A stretch of DNA of 64,000 nt from Macrostomum lignano. Its lineage: Eukaryota. Numbering within the stretch: position 1 is the stretch's first letter; each line of letters starts with the position of its first letter. The translations under genes were made by a program, and so were the position numbers. Positions 32,101 through 47,900 of this stretch are shown piece after piece. Under the pieces are notes generated by a model that was not told the DNA's origin, did no database searches, and saw only the letters and a list, made by a program, of their open reading frames with translations. The stretch lies in contig NIVC01000138.1 of NCBI GenBank assembly GCA_002269645.1, forward strand, positions 1 through 64,000. Reading direction: 5' to 3'.

Positions 32101-33995
32101 ATTAATCCAACCATTAGACTGCCATTCATCCTTAGACTGCCATTCACCCAACCGTTAGACTGCCATTAATCCAACCATTAGACTGCCATTCATCCATCCC
32201 TTAGACTGCCATTAATCCAACCATTAGACTGCCATTCATCCCTTAGACTGCCATTCATCCATCCCTTAGACTGCCATTCATCCCTTAGACTGCCATTCAT
32301 CCATCCCTTAGACTGCCATTCATCCCTTAGACTGCCATTCATCCATCCCTTAGACTGCCATTCATCCCTTAGACTGCCATTCATCCCTTAGACTGCCATT
32401 CATCCATCCCTTAGACTGCCATTCATCCCTTAGACTGCCATTCATCCATCCCTTAGACTGCCATTCATCCCTTAGACTGCCATTCATCCATCCCTTAGAC
32501 TGCCATTCATCCCTTAGACTGCCATTCATCCATCCCTTAGACTGCCATTCATCCCTTAGACTGCCATTCACCCAACCGTTAGACTGCCATTCATCCCTTA
32601 GACTGCCATTCATCCATCCCTTAGACTGCCATTCATCCCTTAGACTGCCATTCATCCATCCCTTAGACTGCCATTCATCCCTTAGACTGCCATTCATCCA
32701 TCCCTTAGACTGCCATTCATCCCTTAGACTGCCATTCATCCATCCCTTAGACTGCCATTCATCCCTTAGACTGCCATTCATCCCTTAGACTGCCATTCAC
32801 CCAACCGTTAGACTGCCATTAATCCAACCATTAGACTGCCATTCATCCATCCCTTAGACTGCCATTAATCCAACCATTAGACTGCCATTCATCCCTTAGA
32901 CTGCCATTAATCCAACCATTAGACTGCCATTCATCCCTTAGACTGCCATTCACCCAGCCGTTAGACTGCCATTCACCCAACCGTTAGACTGCCATTCATC
33001 CCTTAGACTGCCATTCATCCCTTAGACTGCCATTCACCCAACCGTTAGACTGCCATTAATCCAACCATTAGACTGCCATTCATCCATCCCTTAGACTGCC
33101 ATTCACCCAACCGTTAGACTGCCATTAATCCAACCATTAGACTGCCATTCATCCCTTAGACTGCCATTCACCCAACCGTTAGACTGCCATTAATCCAACC
33201 ATTAGACTGCCATTCATCCATCCCTTAGACTGCCATTAATCCAACCATTAGACTGCCATTCATCCCTTAGACTGCCATTCATCCATCCCTTAGACTGCCA
33301 TTCATCCCTTAGACTGCCATTCATCCATCCCTTAGACTGCCATTCATCCCTTAGACTGCCATTCATCCATCCCTTAGACTGCCATTCATCCCTTAGACTG
33401 CCATTCATCCATCCCTTAGACTGCCATTCATCCCTTAGACTGCCATTCATCCCTTAGACTGCCATTCACCCAACCGTTAGACTGCCATTAATCCAACCAT
33501 TAGACTGCCATTCATCCCTTAGACTGCCATTAATCCAACCATTAGACTGCCATTCATCCCTTAGACTGCCATTAATCCAACCATTAGACTGCCATTCATC
33601 CCTTAGACTGCCATTCACCCAGCCGTTAGACTGCCATTCACCCAACCGTTAGACTGCCATTCATCCCTTAGACTGCCATTCATCCCTTAGACTGCCATTC
33701 ACCCAACCGTTAGACTGCCATTAATCCAACCATTAGACTGCCATTCATCCATCCCTTAGACTGCCATTCACCCAACCGTTAGACTGCCATTAATCCAACC
33801 ATTAGACTGCCATTCATCCCTTAGACTGCCATTCACCCAACCGTTAGACTGCCATTAATCCAACCATTAGACTGCCATTCATCCATCCCTTAGACTGCCA
33901 TTAATCCAACCATTAGACTGCCATTCATCCCTTAGACTGCCATTAATCCAACCATTAGACTGCCATTCATCCCTTAGACTGCCATTCATCCCTTA
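29200..33995. repeat. 4.8-kb satellite of 19/23-bp units CTTAGACTGCCATTCATCC(ATCC)
   Basis: Directly visible; variant blocks recur in the right half. Confidence 0.95.
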
Positions 33996-34091
33996 GTCTG
34001 CATAGGCCTTTATTTGATTGCAATCGCTTGGGTTTAGATCATCACTTTTAGCTCCATAATTCCGGCGCCAATTCACAGAACTCGAGGCCGC

Positions 34092-35177
34092 CTACAGCAA
34101 GCTCCTAGTTGCCAGGCTAATAACCGGGACGTCGAACACGCTGTAGTTCATAGCCCGCCAGATGTCGTGCAACAGGTTTAGCCGTCTGTCCAGGTGCATA
34201 GCAATCACGTTACCATAGACTTGCTGGGACACCGGCGTCAGTAATTCGTGATAGAACAGGCCGTGATGCTCCGGCTCGATGCCGATCTTCTTCAACACAA
34301 TGCCGAGGAAGACGTCGTCAAAGCGAATGTACCTCACGAACCGCTGAGCCAGGCTTACCCGACGACAGAGCGCCCGGGTGGTGAGCACGGCTCCGCCTGT
34401 AGGGTAGGGCGGCCAGAACGCGTAGGGGTACTCGGACAGGGTGGTGTACCACCGGTTCATCGGGCTGCGCTTCGGCACCGGCTTAGCGAACACGAAGCCG
34501 ACCGCTAGCCTGGGATCCGATCTTCGGTGCAGCAGACTCCGCAGCAGGTGCGCCAGGTTAGTCGGGCTGACGTAATAGTCATCATCGGCGAATAGAACGA
34601 AATCGGCTGAGTGACAGTTGTTGGCTGCGAAGTCGAACGCGAACATCGTCTTGTAGGTGTTGTTGAAGTAGGAGTCGATGAAATCCTGCTGGATGATGTC
34701 GCCGTGCATCGCCTGTTCGGCGTTCACTCGAACCTGCTGCGTCTGACTGACGCTGCCGCCCAGTACGAATGCGTGAAACACCTGCACACCGAGCCGCTGG
34801 TAGTTTCGCTGATTAACCCAGGTAGAACGAACGGCGTCGCGGAACTGCCGATTACCCAAGCCGCTCTTCACCAGGATCAGCAGCCGCGGAGCGGCCTGCT
34901 GCGCTAGAAAACTTCTATGGAGTTGGCACAGATTCTTGCCGGAGTGCAGCACGGCAAACGAGACATTGTTGATGGTAGCGGTGTCTCTTGGATAGGCCTG
35001 GAAGCGATCGTAGTGGCTGAGCAGCTGCTGGAAGTCAATCTCCAAGGGATAGGTGAACTGTGAGTAGGGCAGGACTAGCATATACGGAACCACCTCCAGG
35101 CCGAACCAGAGAATTGGCACGAAAGCTATCACTGCCAGTATGGTGAGGCACAGAGACTGCCGCCTGCCGCGAAACTG
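34092..35177 (-). CDS. GT31 beta-1,3-glycosyltransferase (brainiac/B3GNT-like); 5' exon unresolved
   Basis: N-terminal TM segment, LLILVKS...RDAVRSTW, HGDIIQQDFIDSYFNNTYKT, FADDDYYV (DxD), PPYPTGG, FDDVFLG. Confidence 0.9.
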   Translation of the reverse strand, partial: QFRGRRQSLCLTILAVIAFVPILWFGLEVVPYMLVLPYSQFTYPLEIDFQQLLSHYDRFQAYPRDTATINNVSFAVLHSGKNLCQLHRSFLAQQAAPRLLILVKSGLGNRQFRDAVRSTWVNQRNYQRLGVQVFHAFVLGGSVSQTQQVRVNAEQAMHGDIIQQDFIDSYFNNTYKTMFAFDFAANNCHSADFVLFADDDYYVSPTNLAHLLRSLLHRRSDPRLAVGFVFAKPVPKRSPMNRWYTTLSEYPYAFWPPYPTGGAVLTTRALCRRVSLAQRFVRYIRFDDVFLGIVLKKIGIEPEHHGLFYHELLTPVSQQVYGNVIAMHLDRRLNLLHDIWRAMNYSVFDVPVISLATRSLL

Positions 35178-35211
35178 TCAATAAGGTTTTGAGGGATTGT
35201 GTTCGAATTGA

Positions 35212-35614
<403 letters not shown>

Positions 35615-36399
35615 CCTAAATTCTCTTACGCTCGAAGATGTAGTACTTCCGCTTCAGTTTCAACTGTTTCAAACCTGACCTGTCTTGAATCCATCTGTGA
35701 GCCGTGGCTCAGGGGGAATTGCTCAGATTTAGTTTTTCATGGCTAAATACACTGTTTCGGACTGTTTTAAACTCCATCTGCTCCTAGCAAAGTCAGAATC
35801 GCGCACAGCGCACCCAGTCGTAATCTGAACTTTAGCGATAGCGCAGTCTTACCCTGTACAGTAGGCGTCGCCATCTGTTTCTCAACACTCCAGGTGATTT
35901 ATTGCCAACGCTAATCTCTAGCCCTGGCCAGACAGTTGCTAGGCTTCGAACTGCGCACCTTGACGCTTTGGTAACGCAGCGCAACAGAAATCTTCGCATT
36001 TTTCTTTCATTAAAAACGGCCTCTCAAAAAGTTTGCTCTCAACGTCTTATTTTTATCTCTTTCTATGGCATTTACTCAAAGTCAGGCGGCTCTGTATATT
36101 AGCGGCCGGTGCGCTATTATGCTATCGAATATTTGCCTTATTATAGTGCGCCTACATGGCCGGCTAGATGACGCATAAGGCTAACGAAATACCCTGCATG
36201 GCAACACTGGCAAAGCGAAGGCAAACAAAACAGTCTTATATTTACACACTGCGCTAAATGTCACCCATTGGCTAACTGGTATCTGCATTTGCTCTCTGAC
36301 TTTCTTACGATATAATCATTTTTTGACTAAAAATTCTAATAAACAAAAATTTGTTTGCATATCTGTAACACTCTTGACTAAAGGAGATTAAACCGTCTG

Positions 36400-38062
36400 A
36401 CCAATCCAAAGGATCAAAGAGAGTAGTGGCAGTCCCAATCCAAAGGATCAAAGAGAGTAGTGGCAGCACCAATCCAAAGGATCAAAGAGAGTAGTGGCAG
36501 CCCTAATCCAAAGGATTAAAGAGAGTAGTGGCAGCCCTAATCCAAAGGATCAAAGAGAGTAGTGGCAGCCCTAATCCAAAGGATTAAAGAGAGTAGTGGC
36601 AGCCCTAATCCAAAGGATCAAAGAGAGTAGTGGCAGCCCTAATCCAAAGGATTAAAGAGAGTAGTGGCAGCCCTAATCCAAAGGATCAAAGAGAATAGTG
36701 GCAGCCCTAATCCAAAGGATTAAAGAGAGTAGTGGCAGCCCCAATCCAAAGGATCAAAGAGAGTAGTGGCAGCCCCAATCCAAAGGATCAAAGAGAGTAG
36801 TGGCAGCCCCAATCCAAAGGATCAAAGAGAGTAGTGGCAGCCCAAATCCAAAGGATCAAAGAGAGTAGTGGCAGACCAATCCAAAGAATCAAAGAGAGTA
36901 GTGGCAGACCAATCCAAAGGATCAAAGAGAGTAGTGGCAGCCCTAATCCAAAGGATTAAAGAGAGTAGTGGCAGCCCTAATCCAAAGGATTAAAGAGAGT
37001 AGTGGCAGCCCCAATCCAAAGGATCAAAGAGAGTAGTGGCAGCCCCAATCCAAAGGATCAAAGAGAGTAGTGGCAGTACCAATCCAAAGGATCAAAGAGA
37101 GTAGTGGCAGCCCCAATCCAAAGGATCAAAGAGAGTAGTGGCAGACCAATACAAAAGAATCAAAGAGAGTAGTGGCAGCCCCAATCCAAAGGATCAAAGA
37201 GAGTAGTGGCAGTACCAATCCAAAGGATTAAAGAGAGTAGTGGCAGCCCCAATCCAAAGGATCAAAGAGAGTAGTGGCAGTCCCAATCCAAAGGATCAAA
37301 GAGAGTAGTGGCAGTCCCAATCCAAAGGATCAAAGAGAGTAGTGGCAGCCCCAATCCAAAGGATCAAAGAGAGTAGTGGCAGACCAATACAAAAGAATCA
37401 AAGAGAGTAGTGGCAGCCCCAATCCAAAGGATCAAAGAGAGTAGTGGCAGCCCCAATCCAAAGGATCAAAGAGAGTAGTGGCAGCCCCAATCCAAAGGAT
37501 CAAAGAGAGTAGTGGCAGCCCCAATCCAAAGGATCAAAGAGAGTAGTGGCAGCCCCAATCCAAAGGATCAAAGAGAGTAGTGGCAGCCCCAATCCAAAGG
37601 ATCAAAGAGAGTAGTGGCAGACCAATACAAAAGAATCAAAGAGAGTAGTGGCAGCCCCAATCCAAAGGATCAAAGAGAGTAGTGGCAGCCCCAATCCAAA
37701 GGATCAAAGAGAGTAGTGGCAGCCCCAATCCAAAGGATCAAAGAGAGTAGTGGCAGCCCCAATCCAAAGGATCAAAGAGAGTAGTGGCAGCCCCAATCCA
37801 AAGGATCAAAGAGAGTAGTGGCAGCCCCAATCCAAAGGATCAAAGAGAGTAGTGGCAGCCCCAATCCAAAGGATCAAAGAGAGTAGTGGCAGCCCCAATC
37901 CAAAGGATCAAAGAGAGTAGTGGCAGCCCCAATCCAAAGGATCAAAGAGAGTAGTGGTAGACCAATCCAAAAGAATCAGAGAGTAGTGGCAGCCCCAATC
38001 CAAAGGATCAAAGAGAGTAGTGGCAGCCCCAATCCAAAGGATCAAAGAGAGTAGTGGCAGCC
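36400..38062. repeat. 33/34-bp minisatellite (CCAATCCAAAGGATCAAAGAGAGTAGTGGCAGCC)
   Basis: Head-to-tail copies with no spacers. Confidence 0.95.
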
Positions 38063-39448
38063 CTACACAAAAATGCTATCGGCCCAAAGCAGAGATAAAT
38101 GTACAAGGGTACTACAAGTATTTTTACATTAAGACTCATAATGAAAAAGTCATAATTAGTGCACCTACTACGCACTTGGCATGGAGGAATGCCTTATTGG
38201 TAATTTATAATCTTACATTTCTTGCTAGCACGTATACAGTATATACAGTACTCTTATGGCTAACTAATAATAGTCCAATTAATTTGTGCTGAAAATGCAG
38301 CGCAGCACTCACCAGGTTGTGAAGGAGCCTACTAATGGCCAGCTTAAGTCGTACCATGGCGCCGCCTCTCCCAGCTCAGCTCCGTTGCCAGGTCGATAAG
38401 TGAAGCGAGCAGATTAGATGGGATAGTTAATGGTTTCTAAACCCATGCGCCTGTTCAGAGCCGATAAAAAAGAACTGTTATGGCTCTTTTAGCCAGGGGT
38501 GCAAGCAATGATATCGAACAGGTATGAGCGTAATTGCTGTATGTACGAGTGTATGTATGGCTTAGTCAGTTCCGGGAGCAGTAGGCAAGCTACCAACCAG
38601 CCAGTCCCGACTATAACAACACCTGTTTGTCTCAGACCCTCCTCTCTCTTCTCCCCAATTTCAAAAATACTCTATACTCAACCAAGCTGAGCCAAGGACA
38701 CCGAAGAACAAGAACCTGGAATGCTAGCACTTGCCCGAAGGTGACGGTTCGCGCACAAAATAGAATAGAATTTCTTTTTCCTCTTTTGTCAAGCAATCCA
38801 AACTCCAGCCTATGAGCTAATGCTAACAAAAGTTATGAAGAAGCATTTAACCCTCAAGCGGTTAAAAGGTTTAATTACAAAATTAGATGGATTAGATTAG
38901 ATGGTATACCATAATTTGATGCCAATGACAGCTACAGCTACAGTGAAAAGCAAGTCTCTAATAGCGGGATTCTCTCAGTAAGAATTCAACGAGTTTTTAC
39001 TGAAATACTCAAACTAAAAAAAGCAAAACTATAATCAGCCTACAATTCTCTGAGAATGGCAGCATTGAGGAAGAGTGGGTCTACCAGGATGCAGTTCTGA
39101 GTCTCCATGGCTATAAGCACTAGAACGAGCTCTGTAATTGCATTTTTGTCCAATTGGAATGTGGCGCATCGCCCAGCAGACACAGAGGGAGAAAATGGGC
39201 AGAGAGTAGGGGTGGCGTAGGGTGTTGAGTAGGAGGGGGTGGGAGAGAAAGGCCAGCTCTATATCCCATATCTAAACTAGAGAGCGCTTATACAAATTGG
39301 CCCAGTTAGACAATATCGACCTCGCTGTACATAAAATACGAGCCAGATATATACTCATTATATCTACAGTGTATAATATGTATATTACACGCGGATACAG
39401 TAGTTGAAGAAGTCGCCGCCGCTCGAAAAGCACTCAACCAGCTGTCCG

Positions 39449-39977
<529 letters not shown>

Positions 39978-40409
39978 AGCTTGACGCTGACAAATTAATA
40001 GTCAACTGCAGTGCATTTTCCCAGCTTAGGATCTGCATATATCCGCTACAATAAGACAGCGAATTTGAATTAAAATGAATGCAAGGCTAAAACAACGGCT
40101 CGAGCGCACTAGAGAGGCCAATTTGGAAGTGCGGTCGAACTCGACAGTGGAATGCCTGTCTCTTGTCTGTCATGGCAGCGTAACTTAACTTCGCAATCTA
40201 GCCTAGCTGAGCGATAAGCTATGCTCTTCAATCGATTTTGGGCGTTCCTTTTTGAGCTAAACTTGAAATAACTCAAATTAATACATTCTTTTGTCGTGGG
40301 AACATTTTTAAAATAAGAATTAAAAATTTAGTTCTAATAGTTTTATATCTTCAACTTTGTTTCGACTGACTCTCTTTGGTTCCAAATTTACCCTTATCAT
40401 AATCTGACT

Positions 40410-41430
40410 TGACAGTCTGACATCATCTAATCTGTCAAGAGACTTCAGTCTGACATCATCTAATCTGTCAAGAGACTTCAGTCTGACATCATCTAATCTG
40501 TCAAGAGACTTCAGTCTGACATCATATGATCTGTCAAGAGACTTCAGTCTGACATCATCTAATCTGTCAGGAGACTTCAGTCTGACATCATCTAATCTGT
40601 CAAGAGACTTCAGTCTGACATCATCTAATCTGTCAAGAGACTTCAGTCTGACATCATCTAATCTGTCAGGAGACTTCAGTCTGACATCATCTAATCTGTC
40701 AAGAGACTTCAGTCTGACATCATCTAATCTGTCAAGAGACTTCAGTCTGACATCATATGATCTGTCAAGAGACTTCAGTCTGACATCATATGATCTGTCA
40801 AGAGACTTCAGTCTGACATCATCTAATCTGTCAGGAGACTTCAGTCTGACATCATCTAATCTGTCAAGAGACTTCAGTCTGACATCATCTAATCTGTCAA
40901 GAGACTTCAGTCTGACATCATATGATCTGTCAAGAGACTTCAGTCTGACATCATCTAATCTGTCAGGAGACTTCAGTCTGACATCATCTAATCTGTCAAG
41001 AGACTTCAGTCTGACATCATATGATCTGTCAAGAGACTTCAGTCTGACATCATCTAATCTGTCAGGAGACTTCAGTCTGACATCATCTAATCTGTCAAGA
41101 GACTTCAGTCTGACATCATCTAATCTGTCAAGAGACTTCAGTCTGACATCATATGATCTGTCAAGAGACTTCAGTCTGACATCATCTAATCTGTCAGGAG
41201 ACTTCAGTCTGACATCATCTAATCTGTCAAGAGACTTCAGTCTGACATCATATGATCTGTCAAGAGACTTCAGTCTGACATCATCTAATCTGTCAGGAGA
41301 CTTCAGTCTGACATCATCTAATCTGTCAAGAGACTTCAGTCTGACATCATATGATCTGTCAAGAGACTTCAGTCTGACATCATCTAATCTGTCAGGAGAC
41401 TTCAGTCTGACATCATATGATCTGTCAGGA
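40410..41430. repeat. 33-bp minisatellite (GACTTCAGTCTGACATCATCTAATCTGTCAAGA)
   Basis: Directly visible; explains the RLKSLDRLDDV ORF. Confidence 0.95.
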
Positions 41431-41774
41431 GAATCCAACCTGAAATCTGAAACACTCGAGCAAATATTTACGAGCGTATGCAGTTTAAATGCATTCCATA
41501 ATATCATATACTCAATTAAAAATTTTACACGCCACAGATAGCATGAGCCCATGTTTTTATCAAACGCAAATATTTTGCATAAAAAGGCTTTCGCCAAATA
41601 CCAGAGATTCGGCAAGCCTGCCAGGGTTTTGAGTATTTTTGTGTATTTTTTCATATTTCTATAATAGCCATAACAAACCGACTGAATTATAGTGTCGGGC
41701 AGATAAGCTACAGTATTTGCGCCTGTTGCGTGCCTTTCTAGAGTCAAACTGGCATACTTAAGGCTCTGCCGGCT

Positions 41775-41918
<144 letters not shown>

Positions 41919-41965
41919 GCACTGTCAATCAGCCTAGTAATTAACAGTATCCAAGCCTGGAACAC

Positions 41966-44900
41966 TCATTCAATCCTTGGGAACAGGTACTGCAGCGACG
42001 GCAGGCCGTAGTTAAAGGCCGATATGCTGATATAGACGTTGAAAGTTGTTTGAAATATTGGCGTAGCCCCGTGATCGGCTGTCCGGTAGCAATGCACCCG
42101 GATCTTCATGTCGTACATCTTGCCCAGCTTGCCAGCCAGATCATTCGTGGTGCGCACTATGGTGACGCGGCCTTCAGTACTGCGAATGTCGAACGGTGTG
42201 TCGGAGGACTTGTCCAGCAGCCTGTAGATGCAGTTGCGCAAATTGGCATTGTGCGAATCGATGATGCGCATTGTGAACTCCGGGTGCTTCGGCAATACGT
42301 TGACCACGATGAACTTGACTCGGTCGGCGTTGCTGGAGTTGCTGGCGCACTGGGCGTCGCCTGGGTCACAGCGGACTGCACACACCCTGCGGGATGGCGA
42401 ATGGCGGTGAGTGCTCAAGGTTGGATCTCAGGGAACCTTGAAGCTTAAATCCCAAGCCTAGATCTCAATATTGAATCCCAAGCCTTGCCTAGATCTCAAT
42501 TTGAAATCCCAAGCCTAGATCTCAATCTCAGATCCCAAGCCTAGATCTCAATCTGAAATCCCAAGCCTAGATCTCAATCTGATATCCTAAGCCTAGATCT
42601 CAATCTAAAATCCCAAGCCTCGATCAAAAACTTGAATTGTGAAGTCTAAAATCTCAGGCTTAAAAAACCTGAGATTAAGCTAGTTGAATTCAAGGTATCC
42701 GCACCTGAAAGAATTAGTTAGATTAGACTTTTCAATGCGCCATGCAGCTACTTTAAGTAGAAGCTAAGAGCATAATTTCTGTTCAGACCTTTGCCGGGCG
42801 TCGTAATAATAGCCGACCGGGCACCGGATGACCCGGCACTCGTAGCTGCCGATGGTGTTCAGGCACTGCTGATCGCCAGGACACGGACTGGGCGAAGCCT
42901 GGCATTCGTTGACATCCTCGCAGCGTCCAGTTTCCATAGCAACCGTGTACCCGGCCGGGCAGACGCATTCAAAGCTGCCAGACTCCGTGTCCCTGCAGCC
43001 GGCCTGGCAGGTGTGACCGAACTCGGCGCAGGTGCGGCGCGGGCTGTCCACTGCGGGATTCCGAAGGTAGGGGGACTTTGAGGAATCATTCGGCTTGGGG
43101 GGGTGGGGATTGACTGCTGACTCAGAGAGACGGACATCCAGATTGATGAGCCGCTATCGGCCTTCATCTTCATCCACCTCTCACCTATCCTTAAAATTTA
43201 TGTCTACTTCCCTGACTTATCTCTATCTACTTCTAATGTATCTCTATCTACTCCACTGACTCATCTCTATCTACTTCCCTGACTCATCTCTATCTACTTC
43301 CCTGACTCATCTCTATCTACTTCCCTGACTCATCTCTATCTACTTCCCTGACTCATCTCTATCTACTTCCCTGACTCATCTCTATCTACTTCATATATAT
43401 ATATCTCTGTCTACTCCCCTGAATCATTTCCAGCCAATTTTTTTTTACCGATTCTCTAAAACCCATCGCTATTTATCCTTTGACAATTTTTGTAATCTGC
43501 ATTAATGAGCTAATTAATCCACCGGCGCCGCCTACCTGCACAGGTGCGGCCGTCCTCTCTCAGTCTGAATCCGGCAGAGCAGGAGCAAACAAAGGAGCCA
43601 TGAGTGTTCCGGCAGAGCTGATCGCAAACGCTCGGTGATTGACTGCACTCGTTCACGTCTGCGGAAAAGGCGTGAGTGGATATAGACTAGCAATCCATTC
43701 TGTTCCCTAATCGAATAGACTAGCAATCCATTCTATTCCCTAATCGAATAGACTAGCAATCCATTCTGTTCCCTAATCGAATAGACTAGCAATCCATTCT
43801 ATTCCCCAATCGAATAGACTTGCAATCCATTCTGTTCCCTAATCGAATAGACTAGCAATCCATTCTGTTCCCTAATCGAATAGACTAGCAATCCATTCTG
43901 TTCCCCAATCGAATAGACTAGCAATCCATTCTGTTCCCAAATCCCAAATCCCAAGGTTGCAGCGCAGTCCCCAGGCCGCACCCTCGCAGGAAACTCCGTC
44001 GGCGGCAGGGCGGGTTCCGGCCCGGCACCGTTCAGCGCACCGGAAGCTGCCGGGCAGGTTGACGCACCGCTGACCGGCGCCGGAGCATCTGGTCGCCGCA
44101 TCGGCGCCGCTGCACTCGTCGATATCGTCGCAGGTGCGTCGATCAGCTGCCAGCCGGTATCCGGGCAGGCAGTCGCAAAGGTAGCCGGGTGCCGTGTTGA
44201 TGCAGCGCTGCTGACAGGCCTCCGGCAGCTCCAAGCACTCGTTCCGATCGACGCAGTGGCCGCCGTCTGGGGCAACTCTGAAGCCGACGCCGCAGCCGTC
44301 CGGTCCGCCAGCGTCAGTCTTGGCCACCAGGGCGTTGGCTTGGAAGCTGAGGCGGCCGCCGTTGCTACCAGTCGGCGCCAGCACCTGGACAGTGAGTCCG
44401 TCAGCTAGCAGACGCTGCGCCAAATAGGCTTGAGTCCGGCCGCTGCCGTACGTGACGCTGGCGTTCCAGTAGACCGGCAGCACGGAGTCCCCGGACGATA
44501 ATTGAAGCGACGCCGTTGCAGTGGCGTAGAGGCGGCCAGGATTTAGCTGCGTGATGGTCTCCGTGTAGCCGGACTGGCTGCTGTTGCCAATAGCAACCGG
44601 AGTCAACAGCTCCGGCGGGCAGACGCCTTCAACTGCGATGGCCACGAATTGTTGCCTGTTGCAATTGCCAGCGCATGTTGGTCGCGTTTATATAGCTTTG
44701 CAGCTGTTGCTTTTTATGAAGCCGACAGTGGCTTGGGCGGTAACGCCTCCTAACCTCGCCCCAAAGTTCCCGGGTTCGAGTCCGCGGAGCGGCCAATTAA
44801 TTTTGAGGTTCAAGCAAAAAATACACGTGTATATTACTACACTTAATTGAGTACTCAAAACGTGCTCACTTTCTGCCAATGAGAACGTATAGGCAGATGT

Positions 44901-47900
44901 ACAGCGGCCCCGACTTTCTCATCGTCAGGCATGTACACTCTTTACGCCTTGAGAGTGGGGGGGGGGGAGTTTGCCCTCATGGGTGTGAACTGCACGACCA
45001 GCCAGCACGAGATTCCCTGCCCCCAACTGGCTGGTGATTGGTCAGTCGACCAGACTGCCATCCCCCTCTACCCTGGGGCGCAGTGTCGATTGGCTGAAGC
45101 CCAATTCTCTGAATCGCTGATCGTAGACCAGGCCCCACTCTCAGAAAATGTTACTTTTGCTACGTTAAAAATTCTTTTCGATACATATCGGTGATCGATT
45201 CAGTTCAAACTCATCACAGGGAAGTACACACCCTGTTCAAACACAGGGAAGTAGGCAAGTAAATGGCCTAAAACATTGAAATCAATCGGGGTACAGGTTT
45301 ATAAATTGAAGCAGTTTATTTACCCGGCCGAGTTAATCATAAAGCTGGAGCTGGTGATCCGAACCGAGTGACCTGCGCCGCTGCCCAGTTGAACATCGGC
45401 GACGCGTTTGAAGACGCCGCCGCTGACGGAGGCGCCGTTGGAGGCTCCGCCAACCTGATAGGCTCTGTGCCACAGCACCGGGCCAAACACCTGGCCAGCC
45501 AGGTGCTTCAGACAGCCGACAGCAAAGTCCGGCAAGTTCTCCTCACCCACAGTCAGCCAGTAGTCCGTCCGCTTGTTCAGCGTCCTGTAGCCGCCGGTGA
45601 AACTCGCGATGCCGAACGATCGATTCGACAGTCGACCTTCCAGCGTACCCGTCACCGTAGCCGTCCCGTTGACTCCGCCGTCAATGGAGATTCCGCTGCC
45701 GCCGCCGCAGTCGCCGCGACATCCTGCCGTCTCCACCGACGGTCCCCGGCAGAACAGGCCGATGTTGCAGCTGCGACTGCGGCGCTTCTCGCCCAGGCGG
45801 CCACAGGCGTCAGCCGAGCAGGGGCCCCAGTCGGACCAGGCGCCCCAGTCGCAGGGCTCGAGTCCGCAGGCTCGCTTCTCCAAATCGCCACCCAGGCAGG
45901 TCCGGCCGCCGTGCCTGGCCTCGCTGCATTTGCGCCTGCGGCTCTGCTCGCCGCCGTCGCAGCTGACAGAGCAGGCGGACCAGCCTGACCAATCCGACCA
46001 GCTGGCGTGCATCGGGCACGGGCTGGTGTTGCAGGCCTCCGATTGGCTGCTGGCCGGCTCGCCGCCGTCGCACTCCCGCGACGGCATTCGGGTGGCCGGG
46101 CCGCTGACCTGCAGGCAGTCGCGCTGCCTGGTCCGCTGGCCGCCGCCGCAGCTCAGCGAGCAGCCGCCCCAGCCCCTCCAGGCAGCCCAGCGGCCTCGGC
46201 TGGAACTGCCGCCGCTGCCGCTGCCGCCGCTGCCGCTGCCGCCGCTGCCGCTGCCGCCGCTGTCTCCTTCGCAGGCTGGCAGGTCATCGCAGGCTCGATA
46301 CTCGGCGTCGGAGCCGGGACACTGGCGACCGCCCGCCACCGGGCTGGGACTGTTGCATCGGCGTCGTCTGTCCCGAAAACCGACGCCGCCGCAGGTCCGA
46401 TCGCAGGCCGACCAGGCCGACCAGGCGGACCAGGCGCCGTCCAGAGGGCAGTCGGGACCGCCGCACGGTCGGGTCTCTGTGGCGCTGCCGTCGCACGGTC
46501 GGCCATCGTACTGAGCTGGCGGATTGTCGCAACTGCAACAGACGAATCGGATGCACTTTTAGGAATTGTACAAGGATGTAATTTTAGGGAGTAGCACTAG
46601 GATGCACTTTTAGCTACTTGTGCCATAATGCACTTTTAGCGACTTGCACAAAGAATGCCATTTTGGGGACTTACCCAAGGTTGCTCTTTTAGTTTCTTAC
46701 ACAAGGATGCACTTTTAGGGACTTACACAAGGATGCACTTTTAGGGACTTACACAAGGATGCACTTTTAGGGACTTAGATTTTTAAGTTGGTACCGTTTG
46801 CAGACTTGTGATCAAAATCAAATTTTGTGCCTTTCGAAAGGATTTACTTTATGAGCCTTATAAATTCACACAGTTTAAAGATTCATAAAAAAATACACTT
46901 TTACAGATTTGTGAAATAGTGCACTCTTAGAGATTAGTTCGGGACGCACTTTTAAAGATCGGGTAATTAGGAACTTTTTGGCTCTGTAGAAGGATGCAAT
47001 TGCATGGTCTTGTCGAAGGACTTCCTGTTAGCACTTTCTGAAAGAATGCACTTTTAAGGATTTCATGAAAGGTCGTCAGCCGCTCACCGCCTCTGGCGCA
47101 GCTGGACGCCCAGGCCGCAGGAGGCGCTGCACGGCTCCCAGTCGCCCCAGCGGCTCCAGCCGGCATCGATGGGGCAGAATCGGCTGAGGCAGCGCAGCGT
47201 CTCCTGGCCGGGCCCGGAGCAGAATCGGCCGCCGTTGGCCGGCGCTGGGTTGTCGCAGCGTCGCTGACGCAGGCGGATGCCGGAGCCGCAGCTGACGCTG
47301 CAGTTGCTCCACTGGCTCCAGTCGGAGAAGCCGCCGTCAATATAAATTTTAACGCCGGCAGCGTGCGACTCCACGGAGCCGAGTCGGTTTTCGGCTACGC
47401 ACTGGTAGACACCGGAGTCGGTTACCTTGGCAACTAGGATCGTTAGCGAGCCGTTGGCGTGGCGCAGGTGCCGGTCTGTGTAGGTGAAGGGATTCGAGTC
47501 CTTCAGCCAGGACAGCCTGGGCACCGGCGTGCCCTTGGCTCGGCAGTCCAGCAGGATTCTGTCGCCGGATGCCGCTGCCGTGTCGGCGGGCTCGTGGGTG
47601 AAGAACGGCTTGGTCCAAACCTGCACCAACACGCGGCCTTTGGCGTCTCCACCCGGGTTCATGGCCACGCAGGTGTACATGCCGGCGTCCAGTTTCTGTG
47701 GGATCGGTGATTTAGTGGTTGGGGTGAGGGCTGGTGGGTGAGGGCTGGTGGGTGAGGGCTGGTGGGTGAGGGTTGGTGGGTGAGGGCTGGTGGGTGAGGG
47801 TTGGTGGGTGAGGGCTGGTGGGTGAGGGCTGGTGGGTGAGGGTTGGTGGGTGAGGGCTGGTGGGTGAGGGCTGGTGGGTGAGGGTTGGTGGGTGAGGGCT

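Noticed and set aside
36400-38062. 34-bp repeat array superficially CRISPR-like
   Set aside because: No unique spacers, eukaryotic context, no cas genes.
44721-44795. Functional tRNA gene
   Set aside because: Acceptor and T stems are broken and there is no valid anticodon stem-loop.
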